A DNA stretch of 64,000 bases, taken from NCBI GenBank assembly GCA_009780315.1, contig WRAH01000009.1:13516-77515 (forward strand), read 5' to 3'. Made by a program: the position numbers and the translations under genes. The notes beneath the pieces were generated by a model, which ran no database searches, was not told the origin of the DNA, and saw nothing but the letters and a program-made list of their open reading frames with translations. Shown piece after piece: positions 39,982-48,490 of the stretch; the first letter of the stretch is position 1; the number at the start of each line of letters is the position of its first letter. This DNA is from Defluviitaleaceae bacterium (lineage in GTDB: Bacteria; Bacillota; Clostridia; Lachnospirales; WQUN01).

Positions 39982-41298
39982 GTGAATTATTTTTCTGGTA
40001 AGAAAATTTTAGTATGCGGCATGGCAAAAAGCGGTCAATCGGCGGCTTTATTATTGTGTCAATTGGGTGCGGAAGTTACCGCGTCAGATACAAATGTAGA
40101 TATTTCATGGGATTACGACCCAGCAGTGTATAAAATCCAATGCCGTTTAGGCGAAGACCCGATTCGTTTTATAGAAGCATTTGACCTTATTATCATAAGC
40201 CCCGGCATAAGTGTATATGCACCCTTTGTAAAAAAAGCCAATGAACTAAATATTCCTGTATGGGGGGAGGCAGAGCTTGCATACCGTTTATGCCCCTGCC
40301 CCATGATTGCCATTACAGGAACTAACGGAAAAACCACTGTCACAACACTGGTTGGTGAAATTTTATTGCGTCATAATGCAGGCACGGTGGTTGCGGGCAA
40401 CATTGGCATACCCCTGACCAGCCTTGTTTCAATACTTTCTAAGGAAAATATGGTGGTTGCTGAAATATCAAGTTTTCAACTTGAAACCATTTCTGCCTTT
40501 CGTCCAAGTATCAGTGCAGTTTTAAATATGACACCAGACCATTTAGACCGTCACGGCACAATGGAAAATTATATCGCCGCAAAGGCAAGAATTTTTGAAA
40601 ATCAAAGACAAGATGACATGACTGTGTTAAACTATGACAATATCATTACACGGGCAATGCAACCTATTGGACGTAGAATATATTTCAGTATGAATGAACA
40701 GCCAGAGGGCGGCGTATATTTAAAGGACGGACAAATTTTTTCTCATGAACAGGGCGTAAACATTTTGCCCATATCTGAAACCCGTGTCATGCCTGAAAAT
40801 GCCCTTGCGGCAACTGCACTGGCATTATGCGCAGGAGTTGCACCAGAGATAATTGCCGATGTTTTAAGCAATTTTAAAGGTGTGGAACACCGCTTAGAAC
40901 TGATTGCAACCATCCATGGGGTGGATTACTACAACGACTCAAAAGCCACCAATGTAGATGCGGCAATAAAGGCATTAACATCTTTTGACCATCCTGTTGT
41001 TCTTATTGCAGGAGGCTATGATAAAAATACAGACTTTACCCCATGGGTGGAGCTTTTTAAAGAAAAGGTTTCTCATTTAATTTTAATGGGAGACACAGCA
41101 ACCCAAATTGCAAAAACTTGTGAAGCCGTTGGGTTTTCCAATTATGAAAGCGTCGAGGATTTACAAGATGCAGTAAAGCGTGCAAAGGCACTAGCCACTG
41201 CCACAGTGCTTCTTTCCCCAGCCTGTGCGGCTTGGGGTATGTTTAAAAATTTTGAAGTGCGGGGTAACTTATTTAAAAAGTATGTGCAAGGAGGTTAA
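39982..41298 (+). CDS. murD: UDP-N-acetylmuramoylalanine--D-glutamate ligase
   Basis: GTG start and the ITGTNGKTTV P-loop. Confidence 0.95.
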   Translation: MNYFSGKKILVCGMAKSGQSAALLLCQLGAEVTASDTNVDISWDYDPAVYKIQCRLGEDPIRFIEAFDLIIISPGISVYAPFVKKANELNIPVWGEAELAYRLCPCPMIAITGTNGKTTVTTLVGEILLRHNAGTVVAGNIGIPLTSLVSILSKENMVVAEISSFQLETISAFRPSISAVLNMTPDHLDRHGTMENYIAAKARIFENQRQDDMTVLNYDNIITRAMQPIGRRIYFSMNEQPEGGVYLKDGQIFSHEQGVNILPISETRVMPENALAATALALCAGVAPEIIADVLSNFKGVEHRLELIATIHGVDYYNDSKATNVDAAIKALTSFDHPVVLIAGGYDKNTDFTPWVELFKEKVSHLILMGDTATQIAKTCEAVGFSNYESVEDLQDAVKRAKALATATVLLSPACAAWGMFKNFEVRGNLFKKYVQGG

Positions 41299-41301
41299 TC
41301 A

Positions 41302-42606
41302 TTGGAAAGATATAGAGACGAAGTATATGATAATGAACCGCGTCAACGTACAGCAAAAGCCCGTAGCCGAGACAATAAACGGTCGGCTGTTGCCGCAGTC
41401 AGGCAAAATATTCACATTGGTTCTGTAGATATTACACTTTACTTAGTGGTGACTATTTTAGTACTTATTGGTGTTGTTATGGTTTTTTCGGCATCCTACA
41501 TAATGGCTGCAAACCGCACTGTTTTTGATAATGATATGTTTTTCTTCTTACGCCGCAATGGTATTTTTGCTATTGTAGGTTTTATCATTATGAACCTTTT
41601 AGCCAGTGTAAGTTATGAGTATATTCGCCCTTTTGTATTCTTGATTTACATGATTGCTGTTGGAATGCTTATAGCCGTTATGATTATAGGTGTTGCCAGT
41701 GGTGGTGCGGTGCGGTGGCTTCCCTTTCCAATCATTGACCGTTTCCAGCCTTCCGAAGTGTCTAAGGCGGCTTTGATTTTCATACTTGCCTATCTTATCG
41801 AGCAATATCCAAATGCCTTGCGCACGTGGAAGGGCTTATTTACTTATGCGGGCATTGTTACCGTTACTGTTGCCCTTGTATTGTATGGTGGGTTTAGTAC
41901 TGCGCTGATTATAGCCGCAGTGGGTTTTGGTATGATTTTTATTGCAAGCCCTCACTTTTGGCGGTTTATTATTGCTGGCGGGGGCATTGTTGTTGCCGTT
42001 GTTAGTTTTCTTTGGATTGATGCGACATGGATGGGCGGCTTCCGTGGACGACGCTTTACCATTTGGCAGGACCCATTTTCTGACCCCACAGGCATGGGGT
42101 TTCAAATCATACAATCCCTTTATGCCGTTGCAAGCGGCGGTTGGTTTGGAGTAGGCATTGGGCAAAGCCGTCAATCTTCTTTTATTCCAGAACCTCACAA
42201 TGATATTATTTTTGCCATCATTGTTGAAGAACTTGGTTTTATTGGCGCAGGTTTGATTCTTGTCCTTTTTGGAATATTTATTTGGCGGGGTATTTTAATT
42301 GCCCTTCGGGCACGTGATACGTTTAGCTCAATGATTGCCATTGGTATTGTTTTTGCTATTGGATTTCAGACGATTATCAATGTTGCCGTTGTGACGAACA
42401 GCATTCCAAATACGGGTGTTACTTTGCCCTTTATTAGCTATGGCGGTACTTCACTGATTGTAAGTATGGCTTTGGCGGGGATTTTATTAAATATATCCCG
42501 TTATAGTAAGGACAGTACTGCTGTAAGTGAATCTGCGTCTCGTCATGGGCGTACAAAACCAAAGCGGAAACGAAACCGTCAACAAGAACTGACGGACAGC
42601 GACTAA
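41302..42606 (+). CDS. ftsW: SEDS-family peptidoglycan glycosyltransferase (FtsW/SpoVE)
   Basis: Blocks PSEVSKAALIF and NTGVTLPFISYGGTSL. It has a basic C-terminal tail. Confidence 0.9.
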   Translation: MERYRDEVYDNEPRQRTAKARSRDNKRSAVAAVRQNIHIGSVDITLYLVVTILVLIGVVMVFSASYIMAANRTVFDNDMFFFLRRNGIFAIVGFIIMNLLASVSYEYIRPFVFLIYMIAVGMLIAVMIIGVASGGAVRWLPFPIIDRFQPSEVSKAALIFILAYLIEQYPNALRTWKGLFTYAGIVTVTVALVLYGGFSTALIIAAVGFGMIFIASPHFWRFIIAGGGIVVAVVSFLWIDATWMGGFRGRRFTIWQDPFSDPTGMGFQIIQSLYAVASGGWFGVGIGQSRQSSFIPEPHNDIIFAIIVEELGFIGAGLILVLFGIFIWRGILIALRARDTFSSMIAIGIVFAIGFQTIINVAVVTNSIPNTGVTLPFISYGGTSLIVSMALAGILLNISRYSKDSTAVSESASRHGRTKPKRKRNRQQELTDSD

Positions 42607-42624
42607 ATACAAGGAGGACATCCA

Positions 42625-43734
42625 ATGCGTTATACAAAATTTAAGGATATTTCCCTATCCCTTCTGGGCATGGGTGCAATGCGCTTACCTCAAGAGGGTG
42701 AAGGCTGGGGTTTGCCTATTATCCACGACCAAGCCGAAGCATTGATTGACTACTGCATGGCACAGGGTATCAATTATTATGACACTGCGTATATTTACCA
42801 TAATGGTGAATCTGAAGTGTTTTTGGGCAAAACCTTATCAAAATATCCACGGGATAGCTACTATGTGGCAGACAAATATAATCTGCCTGCCAATGCAGAT
42901 TACAAAGCCCAATTTGAAGAACAATTAGAACGCTTGCAAATGGACTATATTGACTTTTATCTGTTGCACGGCATATCTGATGATAAAGTAGACGAATTTC
43001 TGACCAATGGCTGTATCGAGTATTTTATTGAGCAAAAAAACAAAGGCAAAATCAAGTATCTTGGTTTCTCTCTTCATGCAACGCCGCCTGTTTTGCCAAA
43101 GATAACCGCCCGATACGACTTTGATTTTGCTATGATTCAGCTCAATTACTTAGATTGGCACTATGGGCCAGCAAAGGAACTTTATAATCATTTAAGAGAA
43201 AAGAACATTGCCATCATGGTTATGGAACCTGTCCATGGGGGGTTACTTGCCAAGCTGAATAATGACGAATGTGAAACCATGCTGAAAAATGCTGAACCTA
43301 ATAGAACCATTGCCTCTTGGGCAATACGTTTTGTAGCAGACTTGCCTGATATTACTGTTATTTTAAGCGGCATGTCTACTATAGAACAAGCCAAAGATAA
43401 TATCACGATCATCAATGAGAACACGCCCCTGTCTGAAAGTGATAAGGCACTTATCTTTGATGTGAGTACAAAGCTTACAAAGTCTATTGCAGTCACTTGT
43501 ACATCTTGTAAATACTGTGTCAATGACTGTCCCCAACAATTAGATATTCCAACATTGCTAGGTGTTTATAACGAATATAAAACCAGCGGTGTTTGGCGTT
43601 TGGGGCGTTTAAAAGGGTTGCCTGAAGACAAACAACCCAAAGGTTGTACCCATTGCGGCATATGTAAACCGCTTTGCCCGCAAAACATAGATATTCCTGA
43701 ATGTATGCAGGATATGGAAAAAGCCATGGAATAG
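42625..43734 (+). CDS. Aldo/keto reductase with a C-terminal 2x[4Fe-4S] ferredoxin-like domain
   Basis: AKR N-terminal region (GINYYDTAYIYHNGESE) plus CTSCKYCVNDCP and CTHCGICKPLCP. Confidence 0.85.
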   Translation: MRYTKFKDISLSLLGMGAMRLPQEGEGWGLPIIHDQAEALIDYCMAQGINYYDTAYIYHNGESEVFLGKTLSKYPRDSYYVADKYNLPANADYKAQFEEQLERLQMDYIDFYLLHGISDDKVDEFLTNGCIEYFIEQKNKGKIKYLGFSLHATPPVLPKITARYDFDFAMIQLNYLDWHYGPAKELYNHLREKNIAIMVMEPVHGGLLAKLNNDECETMLKNAEPNRTIASWAIRFVADLPDITVILSGMSTIEQAKDNITIINENTPLSESDKALIFDVSTKLTKSIAVTCTSCKYCVNDCPQQLDIPTLLGVYNEYKTSGVWRLGRLKGLPEDKQPKGCTHCGICKPLCPQNIDIPECMQDMEKAME

Positions 43735-44009
43735 AACTATTTTTTTGCATATTGGATTCTTATTTTGACGGATTTCATTATCCGTCAACTACATATAAAA
43801 ACTTCATTTTCAAGTCATCCATGTAGCAATGAATGTAAAATCATTGGGCTGATATTTTATTGGTGATAATCACTATGATATCCCATTAACAAGAATAGAA
43901 ATTATGTTATTTGCAATTAAAATATTGACAATAAAACAGTATGATGTCAAAATAAATAAACTTAATGCCCTATTGATGGTCTTTATTTATGAAGGGAGAT
44001 ATGTGTATC

Positions 44010-45734
44010 ATGAAAAACTTGTTTTTGGTTTCGGCATTGTTTATGTTTGTTTTTGCTTTTGCAGCTTGCGGCCGTAATGAGGATGCGCCCCCGCAACAAT
44101 CGAGTGAAAACTTAATACTTTCGCCTGACAACCCTGTGGAAATTAGCATGTTAATTGTCACCAACCAAGTAGAACCTGCACCAAATAACAGAATGGCTGC
44201 TTTGATGGCGGAGCGTTTGGGCGTTACCATCAATTACGAAATTGTAACCCCTGAAATGCAGGCAGAAAGACTCAGTGTTTTGATTGCCGGCGGTGGAGTC
44301 GGACTGCCCGATATACTCGCCACCACTGAAATCGAGCCGCGTTTAACCGAGGCTGGAGCAAAACTGCGCTTAGATGACTTTTTAGACAGCGGAAGATGGC
44401 CAAATATTTATGAGCATATCGCACCCTACAGACGCAGATTGTCTTGGACAGGGGGAGACGCATCCCCAGGGTTTTACACCATTCCAAATTATAATCGCTT
44501 CTATGGCGACCCGCCAATTTTAGGGGGCACTCACTTTGGTTCAGGATTCTTTATTCAAAAGCGTGTGCTTGAATGGCATGACTTCCCCGATTTAACAGAC
44601 ATGACCCTTGAAAGGTATTTCCAGCTTATTGAGGAATTTTTAATTGCCAATCCATACACGCCTGAAGGATTACCGCATATCGGTTTTACCTTCCCTGCAT
44701 TTCCTGGACGTGAATGGGGCATGACAAACCCACCTATGTTCCTTGCAGGGCATCCCAACAACGGCGGTGTGCTTGTACATGACGGTATTGCAACCATTTA
44801 TGCAGACACAGAATATAGCCGCAGATATTTTCAATTTTTAAATGAAATGTTTAACCGAAATTCTGAATTTCCAGGACATGTGGTTTTGGTTGACCCTGAA
44901 GCCGCCACCCAATCCCAAGATATGTACTTTGCAAACATTGCAAGCGGACGGGTGTTGGGTATGCACGACCAGCGTTGGGGTTTTAGTACCCCTCATGATT
45001 CATTGATTGCAGCAGGGCAGTTTGACCGTACTTTTGTAGCCACCATGCCCACCTTTGATGGACGCGCACCTTGGTATGCAGACAGAGATGTATTAAACAT
45101 TCACCAAGGCTTTGCCATTTCATCAACAGTATCACAAGAACGTGCAGAGTTATTACTCACCTTCATTGATACCATCTTGTCTGAAGAATGGCAAATACTG
45201 CTTTCATGGGGAGAAGAAGGTATTGATTACCATGTTGGCGCAGACGGAATTTTCTATCGTACACCCCAGCAAAGACTAGACTATGATAATACAACTTGGC
45301 AACAAAACAATCGTCTTATGGCATTCTTTGACACAATGCCAAAGCGTCAAGGTACACTTTCTTGCGGCAATGCATTTGCACCAGGTGACCAACCTTTAGA
45401 GTTTATGGAATCCTTGAGTGATTATCACAGATGGTTCTTGGAACAATACAACAAATATACTTGGCGTGACTTTGTCAATGACCCGCCGCCAAACCCTGTA
45501 TATTATCCTGCTTGGCAAATTTCAGTCGGTGCAGGTACACCAGCAAATATCGCGTCTAGTGAACTAGAAGCGGCGGCATTGATTCACCTTCCCCAGATAA
45601 TCATGGCTGGGCCTCATGATTTTGACGCACTGTGGGCGGCATATGTAGAACACATTGGAAGAATAGATGTAGCCGCATTCGAGAATGCAATGACCGCAGG
45701 TATTCAGGAGCGCATTGCTTTGTGGGGTCAATAA
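44010..45734 (+). CDS. ABC sugar-transporter extracellular solute-binding lipoprotein (LplA-like, large)
   Basis: ATG 44010 follows GGGAG. Lipobox VFAFAAC-G. The track ORF starts at 43989. Confidence 0.85.
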   Translation: MKNLFLVSALFMFVFAFAACGRNEDAPPQQSSENLILSPDNPVEISMLIVTNQVEPAPNNRMAALMAERLGVTINYEIVTPEMQAERLSVLIAGGGVGLPDILATTEIEPRLTEAGAKLRLDDFLDSGRWPNIYEHIAPYRRRLSWTGGDASPGFYTIPNYNRFYGDPPILGGTHFGSGFFIQKRVLEWHDFPDLTDMTLERYFQLIEEFLIANPYTPEGLPHIGFTFPAFPGREWGMTNPPMFLAGHPNNGGVLVHDGIATIYADTEYSRRYFQFLNEMFNRNSEFPGHVVLVDPEAATQSQDMYFANIASGRVLGMHDQRWGFSTPHDSLIAAGQFDRTFVATMPTFDGRAPWYADRDVLNIHQGFAISSTVSQERAELLLTFIDTILSEEWQILLSWGEEGIDYHVGADGIFYRTPQQRLDYDNTTWQQNNRLMAFFDTMPKRQGTLSCGNAFAPGDQPLEFMESLSDYHRWFLEQYNKYTWRDFVNDPPPNPVYYPAWQISVGAGTPANIASSELEAAALIHLPQIIMAGPHDFDALWAAYVEHIGRIDVAAFENAMTAGIQERIALWGQ

Positions 45735-45747
45735 ACCAAAACCATCA

Positions 45748-45781
45748 ATCAGGCATCTCATGAAAAAGATGCCTGATTTTT
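45748..45781 (+). terminator. Intra-operon hairpin plus T-run between the binding-protein and permease genes
   Basis: atcaggcatct-catgaaaa-agatgcctgat followed by TTTT. This is the typical partial terminator that lets the SBP message accumulate. Confidence 0.6.
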
Positions 45782-45805
45782 ACCTTTTCATATTGGGGGT
45801 ATTTT

Positions 45806-46795
45806 ATGACTGCAATCAAAAGCAGGTTTTCCCGAAAATCCCGAAAACCCAGTTTTGGCAGGATAGTATGGATGCAACGCACATTGTTGCTTATGAGCAT
45901 TCCGTTTTTGCTGTACAGGCTTCTGTTTTCATATGTACCCTTGATTGGGTGGGCTATTGCTTTTCAAGATTTTCGGCCGCGCATAGGTGTTACACCTTTG
46001 CAATCCTTGAGAACCAATGAATTTATCGGGCTTGATAACTTTCGCGTATTGTTAGATACGGACACTGTTTTAGGTGCAAGATTTGTTCAGTCTATCATAA
46101 ACACATTTGGGCAAGCCTTATTAACCCAAATAGTCGGTTTTATTTGTGCCATTGTTCTATCGCTTATGTTGAATGAGGTGCGTCAAAACGGTATTAAAAA
46201 AGTTATACAAAATATTTTATACCTGCCCCATTTCCTTAGTTGGGTTATTGTGGCAAGTTTGGCTTCGGTTGCGTTGGCACTGCCTGCGTCTGGAGGGATA
46301 ATCAACGAGTTTTTATTATGGACGCGCATTATCAGCGAGCCAATACACTTTCTTGCGAACCCAAGTTATTTCTGGGGCATTGTTGCAGGCACACATCTTT
46401 GGCGGAATCTTGGCTGGAACACCATTATTTACTTGGCGGCCATGACCGCTGTTGACCCTAGCCTTTATGAAGCCGCTTCTATTGACGGTGCAAGCCGTTA
46501 TCGTAAAATGTGGCATATTACCTTGTCGTCTATCAAGCCTACTATTGTCATTTTAATGATTATGAATGTTGGCTGGCTGTTGACTTCGGGCTTTGAAATC
46601 CAATGGTTTCTTGGGCATGGGGTGAATATTCCCCGTTCAGAAAACATTGATATATTTATATTTCGCTATGGCATTCAAATGGGCAATTTTGGTTTAGCAA
46701 CGGCCTCGGGCATTCTTCGGACGGGTATTAGTATCACATTGCTTTCGATTGTTAATTTTATCGCCGGCCGCTTAGGCAGTGAAAAGTTATTTTAA
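45806..46795 (+). CDS. ABC sugar transporter permease (LplB-like)
   Basis: EAA loop EAASIDGASRYRKMWHITL. About 6 TM segments. Confidence 0.9.
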   Translation: MTAIKSRFSRKSRKPSFGRIVWMQRTLLLMSIPFLLYRLLFSYVPLIGWAIAFQDFRPRIGVTPLQSLRTNEFIGLDNFRVLLDTDTVLGARFVQSIINTFGQALLTQIVGFICAIVLSLMLNEVRQNGIKKVIQNILYLPHFLSWVIVASLASVALALPASGGIINEFLLWTRIISEPIHFLANPSYFWGIVAGTHLWRNLGWNTIIYLAAMTAVDPSLYEAASIDGASRYRKMWHITLSSIKPTIVILMIMNVGWLLTSGFEIQWFLGHGVNIPRSENIDIFIFRYGIQMGNFGLATASGILRTGISITLLSIVNFIAGRLGSEKLF

Positions 46796-46807
46796 GGGAG
46801 GCTGGTT

Positions 46808-47746
46808 ATGATAAAATCATTAGAAGGAAAACAAAAAACCCGCAAAAAGCCTTTACGGTTAGAGCCTATCATTTTTCATACGATAAACTATATTTTGCTT
46901 GCTGTGCTGTGTATTGTCATGCTTTATCCCATGCTTAACCAACTTGCCATTTCCTTTAATGATGGATTAGACGCAGTAAGGGGTGGTATTCGTATTTTCC
47001 CCCGTGTGCCTACTTTAGAAAACTACCGTGTGGTTTTTGCCACCCACACCATGTTTAATGCTTTCCTCATGTCGGTCTACAGAACCATTGTTACAGTAGT
47101 ACTAAATATTGTGATTACGTCTATGTTGGCATATGTTCTTAGCCGTCCCGAATTTGTTTTTAGGAAATTCATTACCATTGTATTTGTGCTGACCATGTAC
47201 TTTGACCCAGGGCTTATTCCCAACTTTATACTGATTCAAAGTTTAGGGCTTATGAATTCATTTCATGTATATTGGATTCCTAACTTGATTGCCGCTTTTA
47301 ATTTGATTATTATTCGCACCTATATTCGGGGCATTCCTGAATCTTTTATTGAGTCGGCACGATTAGACGGTGCAGGTGATTTTCGTATTTATTGGCAAGT
47401 TATCATGCCCCTTTGTAAGCCGACCTTGGCAACCATTGCTTTGTTTGTGGCAGTTGGTTCTTGGAACGCTTGGTTTGATAACTTCTTGTTTAATGCGGCG
47501 CGTCAAGACCTTTCCGTTTTGCAATTTGAGCTGATGCGTCTCCTTGCCGCCGCTACAGGAGTGGGGGCAGCAGGACAGGGGCAAGCAGGGCAAGCGGCGG
47601 CGGCAGGTTTAGGGGTAGCCCAAGTTTCACCTTTGACCATACGCGCCGCAGTGACGATTGTAGCGGCTGTGCCTATTTTATGCGTTTATCCCTTCTTACA
47701 GCGATATTTTGTACATGGCGTTCAATTAGGCGGTGTGAAAGGATAG
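46808..47746 (+). CDS. ABC sugar transporter permease (LplC-like)
   Basis: EAA loop ESARLDGAGDFRIYWQVIMP. It has an A/G/Q-rich insert near the C-terminus. Confidence 0.9.
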   Translation: MIKSLEGKQKTRKKPLRLEPIIFHTINYILLAVLCIVMLYPMLNQLAISFNDGLDAVRGGIRIFPRVPTLENYRVVFATHTMFNAFLMSVYRTIVTVVLNIVITSMLAYVLSRPEFVFRKFITIVFVLTMYFDPGLIPNFILIQSLGLMNSFHVYWIPNLIAAFNLIIIRTYIRGIPESFIESARLDGAGDFRIYWQVIMPLCKPTLATIALFVAVGSWNAWFDNFLFNAARQDLSVLQFELMRLLAAATGVGAAGQGQAGQAAAAGLGVAQVSPLTIRAAVTIVAAVPILCVYPFLQRYFVHGVQLGGVKG

Positions 47747-47764
47747 CGGGATATAAAACCACAC

Positions 47765-47810
47765 AAAAAAAGAAGCAGACATCTTCTGTGATGTACTGCT
47801 TCTTTTTTTG
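47765..47810. terminator. Bidirectional terminator between the convergent sugar-ABC operon and the tandem-AbrB gene
   Basis: agaagcag (47771-47778) pairs with ctgcttct (47796-47803). An A-run lies on the left and a T-run on the right. Confidence 0.75.
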
Positions 47811-47814
47811 GTTG

Positions 47815-48114
47815 TTACAATGGTTTTTTTATTATTAAGATGTCTTCCAAGAGATAGAAGGCAATCTTGTCTTGCTCTTTCCAGTTTTGATGATTCCGTA
47901 GTTCAAAATCTAACGCTATCCTGCCCAACTCGTCAATTTCACTAATGAAATAATCAGAGCTTGGTTCGCCTTCCAAGGGTTTCAGGATGATAATGGGTTC
48001 TAATGGCATGAGAACAATCTGCATACCTTGTTCAAAATTCAATTTTGTCCTTAGACTTTGAGGCACGACTAACCTTCCTAAATCGTCAATGCCTCGGGTA
48101 CCGTAGTTTTCCAT
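47815..48114 (-). CDS. Single-chain tandem SpoVT/AbrB-fold protein (two swapped-hairpin repeats)
   Basis: ATG 48114 is 8 nt after AAAGGTGG. Repeat 1 is TRGIDDLGRLVVPQSLRTKLNFEQGMQIVLMPLEPIIILKP. Repeat 2 is ISEIDELGRIALDFELRNHQNWKEQDKIAFYLLEDILIIKKP. Confidence 0.7.
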   Translation of the reverse strand: MENYGTRGIDDLGRLVVPQSLRTKLNFEQGMQIVLMPLEPIIILKPLEGEPSSDYFISEIDELGRIALDFELRNHQNWKEQDKIAFYLLEDILIIKKPL

Positions 48115-48290
48115 GAGTCTTTCCACCTTTATGTTATAAGCTGGAAATAAAATAACCTCACAAAGACGGCACCATCACACACATGTACATGCTTGAAATA
48201 TATAAACTCAAGCGTGGCCTTCCCATGGCACACACAGCAAATTTATTGGACGAATAAAATACACGATGTCTACACCTAAAGGGGGAATGC

Positions 48291-48320
48291 TTGTAAAAAG
48301 CGGGGGAAATGGTGTATAAT
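48291..48320 (+). promoter_or_regulatory. Sigma-A-type promoter of the candidate sRNA
   Basis: TTGTAA (48291-48296), an 18-nt spacer, then TATAAT (48315-48320). No plus-strand CDS follows. Confidence 0.5.
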
Positions 48321-48326
48321 CGGTTT

Positions 48327-48429
48327 GCCGCGGTGGCAGGAGTTAACCTGTTCATAATGTGTGATGGCTGACTGCCCATCCTCGTGTGAGTTGATGATGG
48401 TTCGAGCATCATCGCCCCGCGGCTTTTTT
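48327..48429 (+). ncRNA. Candidate structured small RNA (about 100 nt, four-way-junction / cloverleaf-like), family unknown
   Basis: The 5' GCCGCGG(T)GGC pairs with the 3' GCCCCGCGGC and is followed by TTTTTT. Three internal hairpins are seen at 48337-48350, at 48363-48380 (GATGG/CCATC), and at 48393-48413 (GATGATG / loop GTTCGAG / CATCATC). Confidence 0.45.
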
Positions 48430-48458
48430 ACTTTCCGCACACATAGTATATAGTAAAC

Positions 48459-48490
48459 CTTCCGCTTTGGGAAGTGTTTTTTTATTTTTC
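48459..48490 (+). terminator. Second plus-strand hairpin plus long T-run (back-up terminator)
   Basis: cttcc-gctttg-ggaag followed by tgtttttttattttt. It overlaps the stop codon of the convergent ECF gene. Confidence 0.4.

Noticed and set aside
43970-44233. 87-aa minus-strand ORF overlapping the start of the solute-binding protein gene
   Set aside because: It is antisense to a clear lipoprotein signal peptide and lipobox, and it has no RBS.
47815-48114. Calling the tandem AbrB-fold protein MraZ
   Set aside because: It is about 99 aa against about 143 aa for MraZ. It is not located at the head of the dcw genes, and it lacks the extended MraZ inter-repeat region. Only the fold-level analogy is retained.
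48158-48412. 84-aa minus-strand track ORF in the intergenic region
   Set aside because: It has no SD and an odd composition (MMLEPSSTHTRMGSQPSH...). It is fully overlapped by the promoter and the structured RNA element.
48327-48423. Possible tRNA gene: 7-bp GC acceptor-like stem, three hairpins, GTTCGAG loop
   Set aside because: The geometry is non-canonical. It has 12-nt spacers instead of 1-2 nt, a D-like loop without GG, an 8-nt 'anticodon' loop, 3 unpaired nt between the T-like arm and the closing stem, and no discriminator or CCA. It is reported only as an unclassified structured RNA candidate.
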